41,726 bases of DNA, taken from NCBI RefSeq assembly GCF_001194135.2, contig NC_068991.1, positions 79,998,168 to 80,039,893 on the forward strand. Direction: 5' to 3'. This DNA comes from Octopus bimaculoides. Its lineage: Eukaryota. A program made the translations under genes and the position numbers. Shown one piece after another: positions 24,267-35,470 of this stretch. The notes beneath the pieces were generated by a model, which saw nothing but the letters and a program-made list of their open reading frames with translations, made no database searches and had not been told where the DNA came from. The stretch's first letter is position 1, and each line of letters begins with the position of its first letter.

Positions 24267-24468
24267 ACCACCAACACTACCACTTGCACCTCCTCCACCA
24301 CTGTTCCAGCCATTTGTGTTTCCAATCACACAGTCTTCACACTCCACTTTGACTTAGCCTGATGCTATCGATTAATTCGAGATGAACTTTTCTTCAAAGT
24401 ATCACATAGCAGATTATCGATTTCTGCTTTGATTGCACAGTTTCAAAATGGTGCTCAGGTAAATTAAA
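24267..24468 (+). repeat. Second copy of the 202 bp segment, including the candidate microexon at 24441-24458
   Basis: Matches 16356-16557 and ends 11 bp before an assembly gap. Confidence 0.95.
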
Positions 24469-24922
24469 TCATACGCACGNNNNNNNNNNNNNNNNNNNNN
24501 NNNNNNNNNNNNNNNNNNNNNNNNNNNNNNNNNNNNNNNNNNNNNNNNNNNNNNNNNNNNNNNNNNNNNNNNNNNNNNNNNNNNNNNNNNNNNNNNNNNN
24601 NNNNNNNNNNNNNNNNNNNNNNNNNNNNNNNNNNNNNNNNNNNNNNNNNNNNNNNNNNNNNNNNNNNNNNNNNNNNNNNNNNNNNNNNNNNNNNNNNNNN
24701 NNNNNNNNNNNNNNNNNNNNNNNNNNNNNNNNNNNNNNNNNNNNNNNNNNNNNNNNNNNNNNNNNNNNNNNNNNNNNNNNNNNNNNNNNNNNNNNNNNNN
24801 NNNNNNNNNNNNNNNNNNNNNNNNNNNNNNNNNNNNNNNNNNNNNNNNNNNNNNNNNNNNNNNNNNNNNNNNNNNNNNNNNNNNNNNNNNNNNNNNNNNN
24901 NNNNNNNNNNNNNNNNNNNNNN

Positions 24923-24965
<43 letters not shown>

Positions 24966-25143
24966 GTATAGAGAAAGAGAGACTGACAGGCTAAGACAGA
25001 GCAGTAGATAAATGGATTGATAGATATAGGTAAATAAATGTATATGCATGTATACAGTTAGATATAGAAATACATGTGTATATACAAACAGAAACACACA
25101 CGTGGAAGCTCACACATAAACACGCATACATACTTACATACGC

Positions 25144-25181
<38 letters not shown>

Positions 25182-25184
25182 TTA

Positions 25185-25400
25185 TGTACTTTCTTACTTG
25201 TTTCAGCCATGTGACTGCAGCCGTCCTGGGGCTCCACCTTAAACAGTGCTAGTCGAAAATATTGCCCCTAGGACTTATTATTTGTAAGCTTAGTACTTAT
25301 TCAATCTGTCTCTTTTACCGAACCGCTAAGTTACGGGGACATAAACACACCAGTACCGGTTGTCAAGCGACGGTGTGGGGACAAACATAAACACACATAC
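25185..25400 (-). mobile_element. Family A SINE, 3' half
   Basis: TTACTTGTTTCAG..GACTGC..GGACTTAT..CCGAACCGCTAAGTTACGGGGAC..GGACAAACA matches 27568-27790. Confidence 0.8.
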
Positions 25401-25474
25401 ACGAATACGAGGCTGAGGAAAAAGGTCCTGCACCGTGAGTCACCATTGATCAGGAATAGAAGGAACATACACAC

Positions 25475-25512
<38 letters not shown>

Positions 25513-25560
25513 CGTATATACATATATATATACATACATACATACATACANNNNNNNNNN

Positions 25561-25616
<56 letters not shown>

Positions 25617-26024
25617 CATATATATATGTATATGCAGGGAGAGAGAGAGGGAATGCATGTGTATATATATAAGTCTGCTGTCATTGGTGCGAGAGATTGG
25701 TTACACGTATGCGTGTGTTCGTGCGCGTGCCTGTGCATGTGTGCGTGAATGAAAGAGGCGGAATGAGAGATGTTTGTAAGTGATCCCTGTTACATGTTGT
25801 TTTATATACCTTTACGTTTTGCATCAATATATTTCCATGTTCCAAGTGCTTTTTCTATGATCTCGTTGATACAATTAATATTCCTCGTTCTGCGACGATT
25901 GCCTTCTATGCAATGACAAATAACAGCAACTAAGCTTCTTCAATTAACTTTAATTAACTTTTATGTCGTCAGCATTTGATTTCGATTTTATTCCTAGAGT
26001 TTTGGTTTAACCTTTCATCATGTT

Positions 26025-26175
26025 TTACTTGTTTCAGTAATTAAACTACGACCATGCTGGGATACCATATTGAAGAACTTTTGTCGAGGAAATGTTTTAA
26101 AGCCTGGTACTTATACTGTCGATCTCTTCTGCTGGACAGCTAGGTTACCGGGGTGTAAACACACTAACGCTTGTA
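26025..26175 (-). mobile_element. Family A SINE 3' fragment, decayed
   Basis: TTTACTTGTTTCAGT, CCATGCTGG and AAGCCTGGTACTTAT match the family. Confidence 0.65.
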
Positions 26176-26237
26176 AATAAACACGTATATGAGTCTGTAT
26201 ACGTATGAATATTTTCTGTACAACTGACTATTTCAAG

Positions 26238-26458
26238 AAAGGAATGATTACAACTTTCAACAAATTTGTCTTGACAGTGAGAGCCGAAGCAAACCTCTTA
26301 ACGTAAATATCCTTCATGTCACGCTTAAACTAAATTCGAAATTTTACAAGCCTCGAAGAAGCAGGGAAGCAATCCGTCATACACCCATACGCCATTTAAC
26401 AATCCGATGAACGTCACCAGGCATGAACCCGTAAGCATCAGCAAGAAGATAAGCTGAT
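26238..26458 (+). mobile_element. Penelope-like element RT C-terminal fragment
   Basis: Frameshifted remnants EANL..VNILHVTLKLNSKFYKP and NPSYTHTPFNNPMNV..PVSISKKIS resemble the PLE pattern VNFLDVTL..YKPY..YIHxxSNHP..ISKRIS. Confidence 0.6.
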
Positions 26459-27447
26459 TATTCTTATTGAAGCTACCTATAAGTGTACCACATCAACCTA
26501 AAGTACTTGAAGTATAGATATTATATCGCATAGCCCACCATATTGATTTGTGCCAGATATTTCCTAATCAACTCTAAAATTTACCATTTCTTCAACAGTA
26601 ACGTAAACATAAATGACAGTAGCGTTAACAAACCTGTTGAGTTAAATTATGAAGGACAATTCAAAACTTTCTAAAATAAAGAGTGAAAGCAGCTGATTGG
26701 CCTCACTCTTAGATGGCCAGATGCCTAGATGAGGAAAGTTTTTGTCATACTGTGGCAATATTTCGTGAAATATTTTTAAATTGTTGATTTTAAAGAAATT
26801 AAATTGGATTTGCAATCACGTACCACATCTGTACATTGGTCCGTTTCATCTGATGATGGAGCTTGCAACTGTTTAAATATACGTTGCAGCAGAGGTTTTT
26901 GCATAAAAGTTATGTGTCCATATATATATACGTGTGTGTATGTGTGTGTGCGTGAGAGAGAGGTGTATATGTATTTGCATACATATGTGCGTGTGTGTGT
27001 GTGTGGGAATATATACATACAAATATATGCATATATATTTAATATCATCAGGGTATAATCTTATAAGGTTCTTTCTAAAGATTCTCTACAGTTTCCAGCC
27101 ATCATATGCTGTCATACAGTAGGAATTCCCCTTTAACTGGATATGCATGTGGAAATCCGTTAGTGTGCGCAGAACTGATACGAAAACATTCTACTACAAG
27201 ATGGAATCAACAGACTTCAATCCAAATCACAACAATTGTTTCCGTACATTAGCATCAGCTGCTAATTACTGAGTGTTTCACATATTATACTTATTACTAT
27301 AGAAATATTATTTAAATATGATCCAGTAACATGTGTGCGCCTGCACGTCATCAGATGAGTGGTTTAATGAGCACTGTTGGATCACTTATAGTTTCCCATT
27401 GTTTCATAGCCATGTTCTGCTTTTTGTATTCTCTTGACTAAGAGCAG

Positions 27448-27488
27448 CAAATAGCTTCAAAGAGACACAAGAGATACAAAATACCAAA
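27448..27488 (+). CDS. Candidate 41 nt exon (phase 1 to 0; xNSFKETQEIQNTK); alternative acceptors at 27443 and 27445
   Basis: Pyrimidine tract ttctgctttttgtattctcttg followed by AG/AG/CAG, and consensus donor AAA|GTAAGT. Confidence 0.45.
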
Positions 27489-27567
27489 GTAAGTTAATAG
27501 AAACTAGGGTGTTTATCTTCGTAAAAGGCGAGACATGCCTGTGCAAAAGAATGGACTGAATAAGCGG

Positions 27568-27985
27568 TCTTTATTCTTTACTTGTTTCAGTCATTTGACT
27601 GCGGCCATGCTGGAGCACCGCCTTTAGTCGAGCAAATCAACCCCAGGACTTATTCTTTGTAAGCCTGGTACTTATTCTATCGGTCTATTTTGCCGAACCG
27701 CTAAGTTACGGGGACGTAAACACAACAGCATCCGTTGTCGAGCGATGTTGGAGGGACAAACACAGACACAAACATACGCACGCACAAACATACACACAGT
27801 TCTATATATATACATATATACGATAGGCTTCTATCAGTATCCGTCTACCAAATCCACTCACAAGGTTTTGTTCGCCCCGAGGCCATAGTAGAAGACACTC
27901 GCCCAAGGTGCCACGTAGTGGGACTGAACCCGGAACCATGTGGTTGGTAAAACAAGCTACTTACCACATAGTCACTCCTGCGTCT
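27568..27985 (-). mobile_element. Family A tRNA-derived SINE, near full length
   Basis: Minus-strand head GCAGGAGTGACTATGTGG (A-box-like) and GGTTCAGTCCC (B-box-like, about 27920-27930), an internal TA/CA microsatellite and a GAAACAAGTAAAGAATAAAG tail. Confidence 0.85.
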
Positions 27986-28965
27986 TGTTAATTTATAAGT
28001 TCTATTCTTGATTCTTTTTATATTTTATACTATTGTTTTGTTTTTTTTTTCGTAAATTTATTTTGGCGTATTTTATCACTCCAAAACAAATTCTCATGGC
28101 ACGCGGTATATATTAAATATCAATTGAAATAAAAGACACTTTGGTTACTTAAAACTGTAGTAAAAGTTCTTTAAACAGTTAGTAGTAGTTTCTTCTAACT
28201 CCCAAAACGCGCGCTATACACGAAAATACTAACTGAACAAAATAGCGATTCGGGTTTTCAGTAATTCTAATTACATTACGTCCGAACAAACCTATCAGAT
28301 ACAATATACTTGTAACAGAAGGATCTATTGAACACTTTCATATATATGTACCGCGAAGAAAACAGATGGCGCTTGTGTTTATGCGTGTTAAAGTCTAAAT
28401 ATGAATGTTTTAACGAGGTGTTTCAGTACCTGTCACTGTAATCGTTAGCTATATTACGAGTTGCTCGACTTTTAAACAGCTCTCTTATTAAATTGAATTT
28501 CCTTTCCAAACAAAACAAAACAAATTTTAAAAAAACAACCTACTCCACACATTCAACAATGAATAAATAAAACAAAAGGAAAACGTTAATACTGCAGTTA
28601 TGATCAACAGCTACACAACTCCGCTCATATTACATTCTTTTTTTTCTCTCTGTTTGAGAATTTTCTACATCAAATATTCACCGGATCATTATAGAATAAA
28701 AGGGCCTTCTCTTTCCCGTGTTTTCCAATCGAATTGGATTTTTTCTTCTTTTTTGCATTGTTTGTTCCAAATTAGCTTTTGTTTGTTGTTTGTTTTCAGT
28801 TTCCCTTCGCTGTGTTTGCCTTCTGTACCTAAACACCTTTTATGTCATGATTCATGTTTTTTAACATCAAGCACGACTTGGAAACTAATGATAACATTTT
28901 TCCTGCTCACCCGTTACGTTTTGTTTCATTTCCATATTATTTCTGTGTTTATTTTTCTTCTTTAG

Positions 28966-28982
28966 CACAGGTTTATTTGTTG
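28966..28982 (+). CDS. Candidate 17 nt microexon CACAGGTTTATTTGTTG (12 nt if the second AG at 28970 is used)
   Basis: Very long pyrimidine tract ending tttttcttctttag and strong donor TTG|GTAAGG. Confidence 0.5.
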
Positions 28983-29094
28983 GTAAGGTTCTAACGCCCT
29001 TATAATGAGAATTCGACAGAATTTTAACGTTTGCTCAGCAACTCCATTTATGATGGTGTAAAAATGGTGTGAAAATGATTCTGCAGGTGCAACC

Positions 29095-29730
29095 TTGAAG
29101 TCTTTCCCACATAACTGGTTTCTGAATGTTCATAGCGATTTGTTGGCGCAGTCATAGCTGAATGATCTAGAATCGTTTCCCATTGAAACTGCTCCAGCCT
29201 TTGGAATGTCATCCTCACTGTATGTGGCTAAGCATTTTCCTGATGGAAGAACACCTTTCGTCGTGAAACCAAATATGGTCATTTTTCTTCTAGCACTGAC
29301 TTAAGCCGCTCATAGTAGATCTCGTAGTAGATCTACTTTGTTATCGTTTGGTTTTGGTTTAAAAGTTCAAAGTGGACAAAACCTTTCACATCCCACCAGA
29401 CAGATAACAACACCTTACGTGGATGAAGACCTTCTTTAATCTGAAGTGCCGGTGTTTCATCTTTCCCTATCCACTGTCTTTGGTGCTTGACATTCTTATA
29501 CAGAACAAATTTCCCGTCAGCACACTCACTATTTGGTCCCAAAAAGATTCATTCGTGGGACGTGACAGCAAAGAAAGAGCACACATTCACTCTCTGAGTG
29601 CGATTAGACCCGGGAAATTTGCGAGGAACTCATTTCCCCAATTTGCTGACATTCCCGATGGAACGTAGGTGTTGGTGAATGCTTGAATGACCAAATCCAA
29701 GCGTATCTGCTAGTTCATCAACAGTTACGA
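29095..29730 (-). mobile_element. Decayed mariner transposase, catalytic region
   Basis: TVDELADTLGFGHSSIHQHL..KLGK*VP, GLHPRKVLLSVWWDVKGFVHFELL (ORF 29333..29542) and FHQENA*PHT remnants. The 5' side is replaced by a (CA)n tract. Confidence 0.9.
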
Positions 29731-29732
29731 TG

Positions 29733-29793
<61 letters not shown>

Positions 29794-30500
29794 GTGTGTG
29801 TCTGTGTGTGTTTGTGTGTCTATGTGTGTGTCTGTGTGTAAGCATGTGCATTCATATTTTAAACGTTTGCATACACTCTGACGTGGTAATTCTCTCTGCG
29901 CATTTAGCTCCAGCAGAAAATCTCCAGACAATATGTATGTATGTATTATGTATGTACGTGTATATGTATGCATGTATGTATGTATTATGTATATACGCAT
30001 GAACGTATGTATCAATGCATATGTCTGTATGTATGAATGTGTGTGTTTACATGTGGGTGTATAGCTTTTCATTAAAGTATCATTTATTTAATGACTAATA
30101 GAAAATGTGGAGGATGTAATTAGGTGCAAGCAGTGAAAGACCTTTACGATGTGAGGACCAGAGATGCAACTACCGTATACTTTCGTGATAAGTCTGTAAA
30201 ATTGACCTAGGGATTGAAGACCTATCACTATTCGAAACCGACCTCTTAAACACGACAAACCTCGGTATGTACGCTAACAACGTCGAAAACAAACTTAGCT
30301 TTGACATTAAGAATTTCAAGATATCTAAAAATATGATTTTTCCGATAAAACCAATAACCTATACAAAGTAGAAAATAGCACCTAGACATAACTGCTTAAC
30401 AAAAGATCACGAACAATTATAGAACGATTAGTGCACACGCTTATAGCAATATAAATAGTGAGACAAAGAGCATCGCCCAAAAGTTTAAATTACACAACAG

Positions 30501-30527
30501 GTTCGAATGTTTATTTAAGCGTGGGCG
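30501..30527 (+). CDS. Weak candidate 27 nt exon (phase 1 to 1; GSNVYLSVG)
   Basis: The donor GCG|GTACGT is good, but the acceptor aaattacacaacag has a poor pyrimidine tract. Confidence 0.25.
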
Positions 30528-30787
30528 GTACGTTATACTTAAAACTACAACGAAACCTTCAATCCTGATCTTAAAACGAAAGCCATTTAATTCAGCTTAA
30601 TCAGAGAAGGGTAAAAAAAATTCATTTACAATTAATGATGCCAGTAAAAGAGTAATTGAACTCCTATAAATGAAAAGCAGTCGCACAGTATTCAGCTGGT
30701 TTTGAACAATTAGTGATAAGCGTTATTTTAGATTCATCTAGTTTGGCACTGTCGAGTTCTATACTTCGACCTTTCAAGTGCTACTCA

Positions 30788-31827
30788 CAGAATGCTCGGG
30801 CTAAATTAGACAGTTTGTATGAAAGGAAAAGAAAGCAATAACACATCCAAAATTAAAAGTATTTTCTATAATAAAAGGTATCCACTTAATCATGGCTAGG
30901 AAATAAAAGTTTTCTCAAAGAAGCCGCCCTCATCTTCCACCACGGTCTCAAGACGGCTTTGGAACATGACGCACGCCTTCTTCATTGTGTCCCAAGAAGA
31001 TTTTGACGATTTCTTTTTTATTATTTTTCGTTCCTTCCAGGAACAGCTTGATGTACTGGTCAACAGTCAACGACGTTGGGGAGGATAAAGATTAACGTTG
31101 TAGTTGATAAAAAGTTAGCTGAGATGGAGAACTCGAAGGCATCTGAATATTGGGAAAGAGCGACTTGTATATCATGATGATTCGCGCAGGCTATCAGAAT
31201 GCCGACATCATGACAGCTGTTCAATGCTCTGTAAACACCTTCTTGATTTTGACCGCCAGCTCCGTGAGGCTGGTGTCTTTCTCAACTACACCTCACACAT
31301 AATAACCGCACCTAACATTTAATAATCCATGGGATTACAATCGAGGAAATTAGGAGGCCACAAAATGGGGCTGGTGAAGTTGTAGGAAATCTCCTGCAAC
31401 CACTTTTGACTGTTTGTGGAGGCATAGTAAGGAGGCGAATCCTGCTGTCACACATGGCCTTTCAGCAGCAACCCTCTCCGGCCAAGGCTTGACCACAGTC
31501 TCCCGCAGCTTCACATAGCCGTCTCAATTGACTCTAAGGCCCTGTTCATCAATTGATGGATGAATCTGTTGTAGCAGTCCATGTCTCGTCTTGCATCCTT
31601 TACAGTGTTTACAGAAGCAGTCAGGATATCAGCATTTTGATACATCATGTTAGAAGTAATTCTTCTCCAACATTCAGATGGCTTCCACTCCCCCATGTCA
31701 GCTAATTTTTACTCAACTATAACTTTAAGCTTTATGTTTTCCAACGTCGTTGAATTTCACTAGCACACCAAATTGTTCCAGAAAAAAAAAGGAAAAATAA
31801 AAATCGTCAAATTTAGCACGAACTCTG
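30788..31827 (-). mobile_element. Non-autonomous, rearranged Tc1/mariner element of maT (DD37D)-like type with both TIRs
   Basis: TIRs CAGAATGCTCGGGCTAAATTAGACAGTTT (left, after CA) and the reverse complement of CAGAGTTCGTGCTAAATTTGACGATTT (right, before TA 31828-29). Remnants MGEWKPSECW, QQDSPP..WPPNFLDCNPMDY and FQSRLETVVEDEGGFFE. Confidence 0.8.
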
Positions 31828-32159
31828 TATTCGTGCCGTCGATTTACCCCAAATATTACCATTACACAGATGACATAAAAATAAATATTACGCGTATAAG
31901 AAAGACTTTCTTCTTCAGTAAAGACTATACCTAAGCCAAAATAATCAAATCACACGTATTTGTTTCATATTAGTATAGAACTGTTTGATAGAACAGATAT
32001 TTGCAACTTTTGTAGACATGTTTAGTTGACATAATGAATGGAAATAATCATATCACTAATTTTAATAGAAAAGAAAGTGTACATTAAACCAAACGAGAAA
32101 ATAGTATATATATATACATATTAACAAAACTCCCGTATACCACTCATAAGGTTGCAGCC

Positions 32160-32540
32160 TAAACGTTAAAACCAGAACTTTCCTAGCTGTAATACATAAA
32201 CATTTCCGGCCTCACAGCGCTGTTGTAAACCATCCAGCTGGAACTGCATAAAATTTTGTTACTTTTATATCCCTAACATGAAAACTTCATGTTGCAGAAG
32301 CTAATAATCTCATGTGAAACAAGCCAGTAGTTCAGAAACACTAATGCATGTCGGCGGAATCATTTATGTCATATCGAATCAATGAAGCAGAGGTGACCAC
32401 TGCGAAACCTAAACATACGATAGAATGTAAGCACTACATAGGAATGACAGAGGAAAAGTTTAAATAACGCTATTTTAATTATTCTTCGTCTTTCAAGCAT
32501 AACTGGGAGAATAGAACAACAATGTCAGGCTACACAAATT
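32160..32540 (+). mobile_element. Penelope-like element linker and GIY-YIG endonuclease fragment
   Basis: NVKT..FLAVIHKHF, IKFCYFYIPNMK and EAEVTT..KHYIGMTEEKFK*RY..SFKH remnants match the PLE C-terminal GIY-YIG domain. Confidence 0.7.
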
Positions 32541-32803
32541 ATATTCAGTTCTGTGATGGGTATATCTATATATATTAGAATCATGCAAATGGTCGTGCCT
32601 TTTTTTAATCATTTGCAAGACACCTGTAATTTTAAAGATTATTTTCTGTTTTCAGTGCCCACATTGTTGTTACTCCAACTATTTATTATTTTAGATATAT
32701 ATATATATATATATATATATAATTGAATAGTTTTCTTCGAAAGCGATGTATTGTACTATGTTGGTATTGATACAACAATTGGCAGGCATTTATTTTCCTT
32801 CAG

Positions 32804-32826
32804 GAACTGCTTGAATACTCCGGAAG
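32804..32826 (+). CDS. Weak candidate 23 nt microexon (phase 2 to 1; NCLNTPE)
   Basis: Good acceptor atttattttccttcag and weak donor AAG|GTGCTC. Confidence 0.25.
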
Positions 32827-32919
32827 GTGCTCGAAAAATAAGAGGTGTTACCTTAGATCACTGGTTGTGAAAAGCTGACACCGTAGTACATCTCCAGCGT
32901 TAGAAGCTGTTCAAAGGCA

Positions 32920-32928
32920 ATAATAATA

Positions 32929-32975
<47 letters not shown>

Positions 32976-33047
32976 CATTATTATTATTATTATTTATTAT
33001 TATTATTATCATCATCATCATCATCATTATTCTTATTATTATTATTC
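32920..33047. repeat. (ATT)n/(ATC)n microsatellite
   Basis: Directly visible. Confidence 0.95.
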
Positions 33048-33244
33048 ACAATTTTAATGTAAAATATTCAGCCATCAGACCATTATTTTTCATTTTTTTA
33101 TAAAATCTTTATTTTAAAAAGTTATTTCATTTGATATGGCATCAATGGTTCATACGAATGACAAAAAGAGGAGGAGCAGCGCAAGTAGCAAGCGGAAAAT
33201 AGAAGTAATAGCACCTCCTCTTTAGGAAAAGAGGTAAAAAATAA

Positions 33245-35470
33245 TGGAAATGTCTCCTAGTCACTTACAGAGTATGTGTCAACGGTGATAGTGTTACCAC
33301 CGCCAACACCAGCAGCACTTCCAATTCTACCAATATTACCAACACTTGCACCTGCGAAGATGAAAATGGTAAAAGCAACGATGGTGTCGAAGAAAATAGT
33401 ATGAGACGACAATTTTCCTATCATCTTCAATTCTATGATTATCGCAATCCACAAGCAGCAGCAGCAGCAGCAGTACTTTCAGCTGTGACGACAACACCAA
33501 CAACTCTAGCAACAACATCAACGAACCCAGCTACTACAACTATAAATGCTTCTTCTTCCGACAAAATCAATTACAACGATAGGCCAAAGCCGTCATTCAC
33601 GGGAAAATCACTCAAAGAGGATCCAGAAATGAATCCCATAAACTGCATGAACCTTAACGCCAGCAGTAGGAGATTAGTATATTCGGGTCCAGCTTGAGAG
33701 TGCTTGTCACAAAACTCGCAAACCGGGAGAGGATCCTTGATCCTACATGTTTCAATACAAGTCCATGTGATGATAGAGAGAAGGAGGCTGTAATACTACA
33801 ACTATGAATGTGGAGACCACTTGGAGGATTACTGACCTGTATTAAAAAAGAAGAATGAGTTACCCTCTGCTGCCAATACTCGTAACACAAAAACAGTAAC
33901 AGTGCAGATAGCTTCACCACAACCAGCAACAACGGTAGAAATTCCTAAAACAGAGCAGTATTACTGCGAACGACAAACTTCTCCAGCTTCACCGCTGACC
34001 AAAATGTGTTGCAAGAGTATTCCTATCCAAACCAAAAGAAAATAACACAAACAACACAGACACCAGAGAATGAAATAACTATATGAATAGGTCTTTGTAT
34101 ATCTTTACTAGCGGCATCTCTGCCTCCAACTCTTCGTCACACAAAGAAGAGATGAAGGGATCGTTGCATAATGTTGTTATAAGAGAGAAAAGACACCAGC
34201 GGAAGGCATGACATTTTAAAAGCCAGAAAGGTTAAAGAAATAATGAAGAACTTACCAACCAACCAACTATCTACAACAACAATATAAACAAGAATTAAAG
34301 CTACAACAACAAACATAAAACCAAAATCAAAGAAACCATAAACTCAACTGCCACAGAAATCAGTTGATAAAAATAGCCACAAGAACATGAAAATACGTTC
34401 AGTCAGGAACGATAAGAGAAGCAACTACCGAAACGCATAAATACGCCAAAAGAAACACCTGAAACAAAGTGGAAAACTCTTTGGACAAGGACGGGAGTGG
34501 GAGTTTAAAGAACAATTTAAAAAAAGGAACGACTACCAAAACAGCTAGAATTACAACAGGAAATGCATAATCCCTGCTTCTCAACTTCGCTGTTCTACGA
34601 AACACCAATGCATTGACGGAGTACATAAAACAACGCAACAAGATACAAAGGGAGAGAGTTTCGAGAAGCTAGACTTAAAAACTCTTGGAGGAATGGACAT
34701 TTGAGGAAAACAAAGCCTACTTGACACAAAAGTTCTTGTATGAAGTTTAAATGTTTTGAAATTTAGCAGTAAAGGAATTTTGGAGGGACTTCTCAAGAAT
34801 ATCCACCTTACCAAAATAACCGAATTATTCCAGACCAAGGAAAGTTACTTTTCACTTTTTATCTGTCCAACGTGCCACGCTTATAGTATGCTGTTCAAAC
34901 GAGCGTGGAGGGCATTACATTTAGATACGGTAACCCCCAGCTAGACCAGGCTCTCACACTTGCAGTCAATTCCATTTTTCTCATTGACCATGAGATGTAG
35001 GTATCTTTAGTTCGATCTGGATCGAGTAATTTGATTGTGCTCTTCCAGAAATTGTGTTGTTCATGAAATGGGCAATCTTCCAGAGTTTGTGACTCTGATG
35101 TTGTACCCAAACTAGCAAGCGATTATGGCTTGCGTGGAACATCATAGTCCGACGTCTTCAACATTTATGAGGACATCTTTCTTGCAAGTTGACGTAGGTC
35201 AATGGAATGACATCTTAGGTGCAAACTGAGATAGTATGAGAACATCCGATGGTTAAAATGAGTGTGAAATTGTAACAAACCTGCTGAGGTAGTTCGACCA
35301 CTTTCGCAGGCGCCGACTGAATTTTCTAAATGCAACCAATGTGGACTCGAACGAACCATGTTGGCTAATAGAAACTGAATCAAGAATATTTGTTTGGCCA
35401 TCACTTACAGAAAGTGGGTTGATAGATCCCTCTCGTATCGTCAAAACAACTACCAATAATATCTTATGAA
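33245..35470 (+). mobile_element. Decayed 5' half of an L1/Tx1-like LINE: ORF1 with degenerate CCHC knuckle, then APE endonuclease of ORF2
   Basis: One frame runs 33245-34045 with three internal stops and includes YYNYECGDHLEDY* (33794-33835; C-x2-C-x4-H-x4-C spacing). Downstream remnants LASDYG..SDVF, VGQWNDILG (GDWN motif, about 35197), NLLR*F and MWT.TN..RIFV are typical of L1-clade APE domains. Confidence 0.65.

Noticed and set aside
25406-25434. TACGAGGCTGAGGAAAAAGGTCCTGCAC as a mariner TIR
   Set aside because: It resembles mariner ends, but no partner TIR or transposase remnant is visible.
33401-33697. 98 aa ORF as a stand-alone gene
   Set aside because: It is part of a longer decayed frame leading into a degenerate CCHC knuckle and an L1-type endonuclease, so it is better explained as LINE ORF1.
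34895-35404. Two same-frame minus-strand ORFs (79 aa and 71 aa)
   Set aside because: They are antisense to the L1-like endonuclease remnants on the + strand and contain no recognisable motif.
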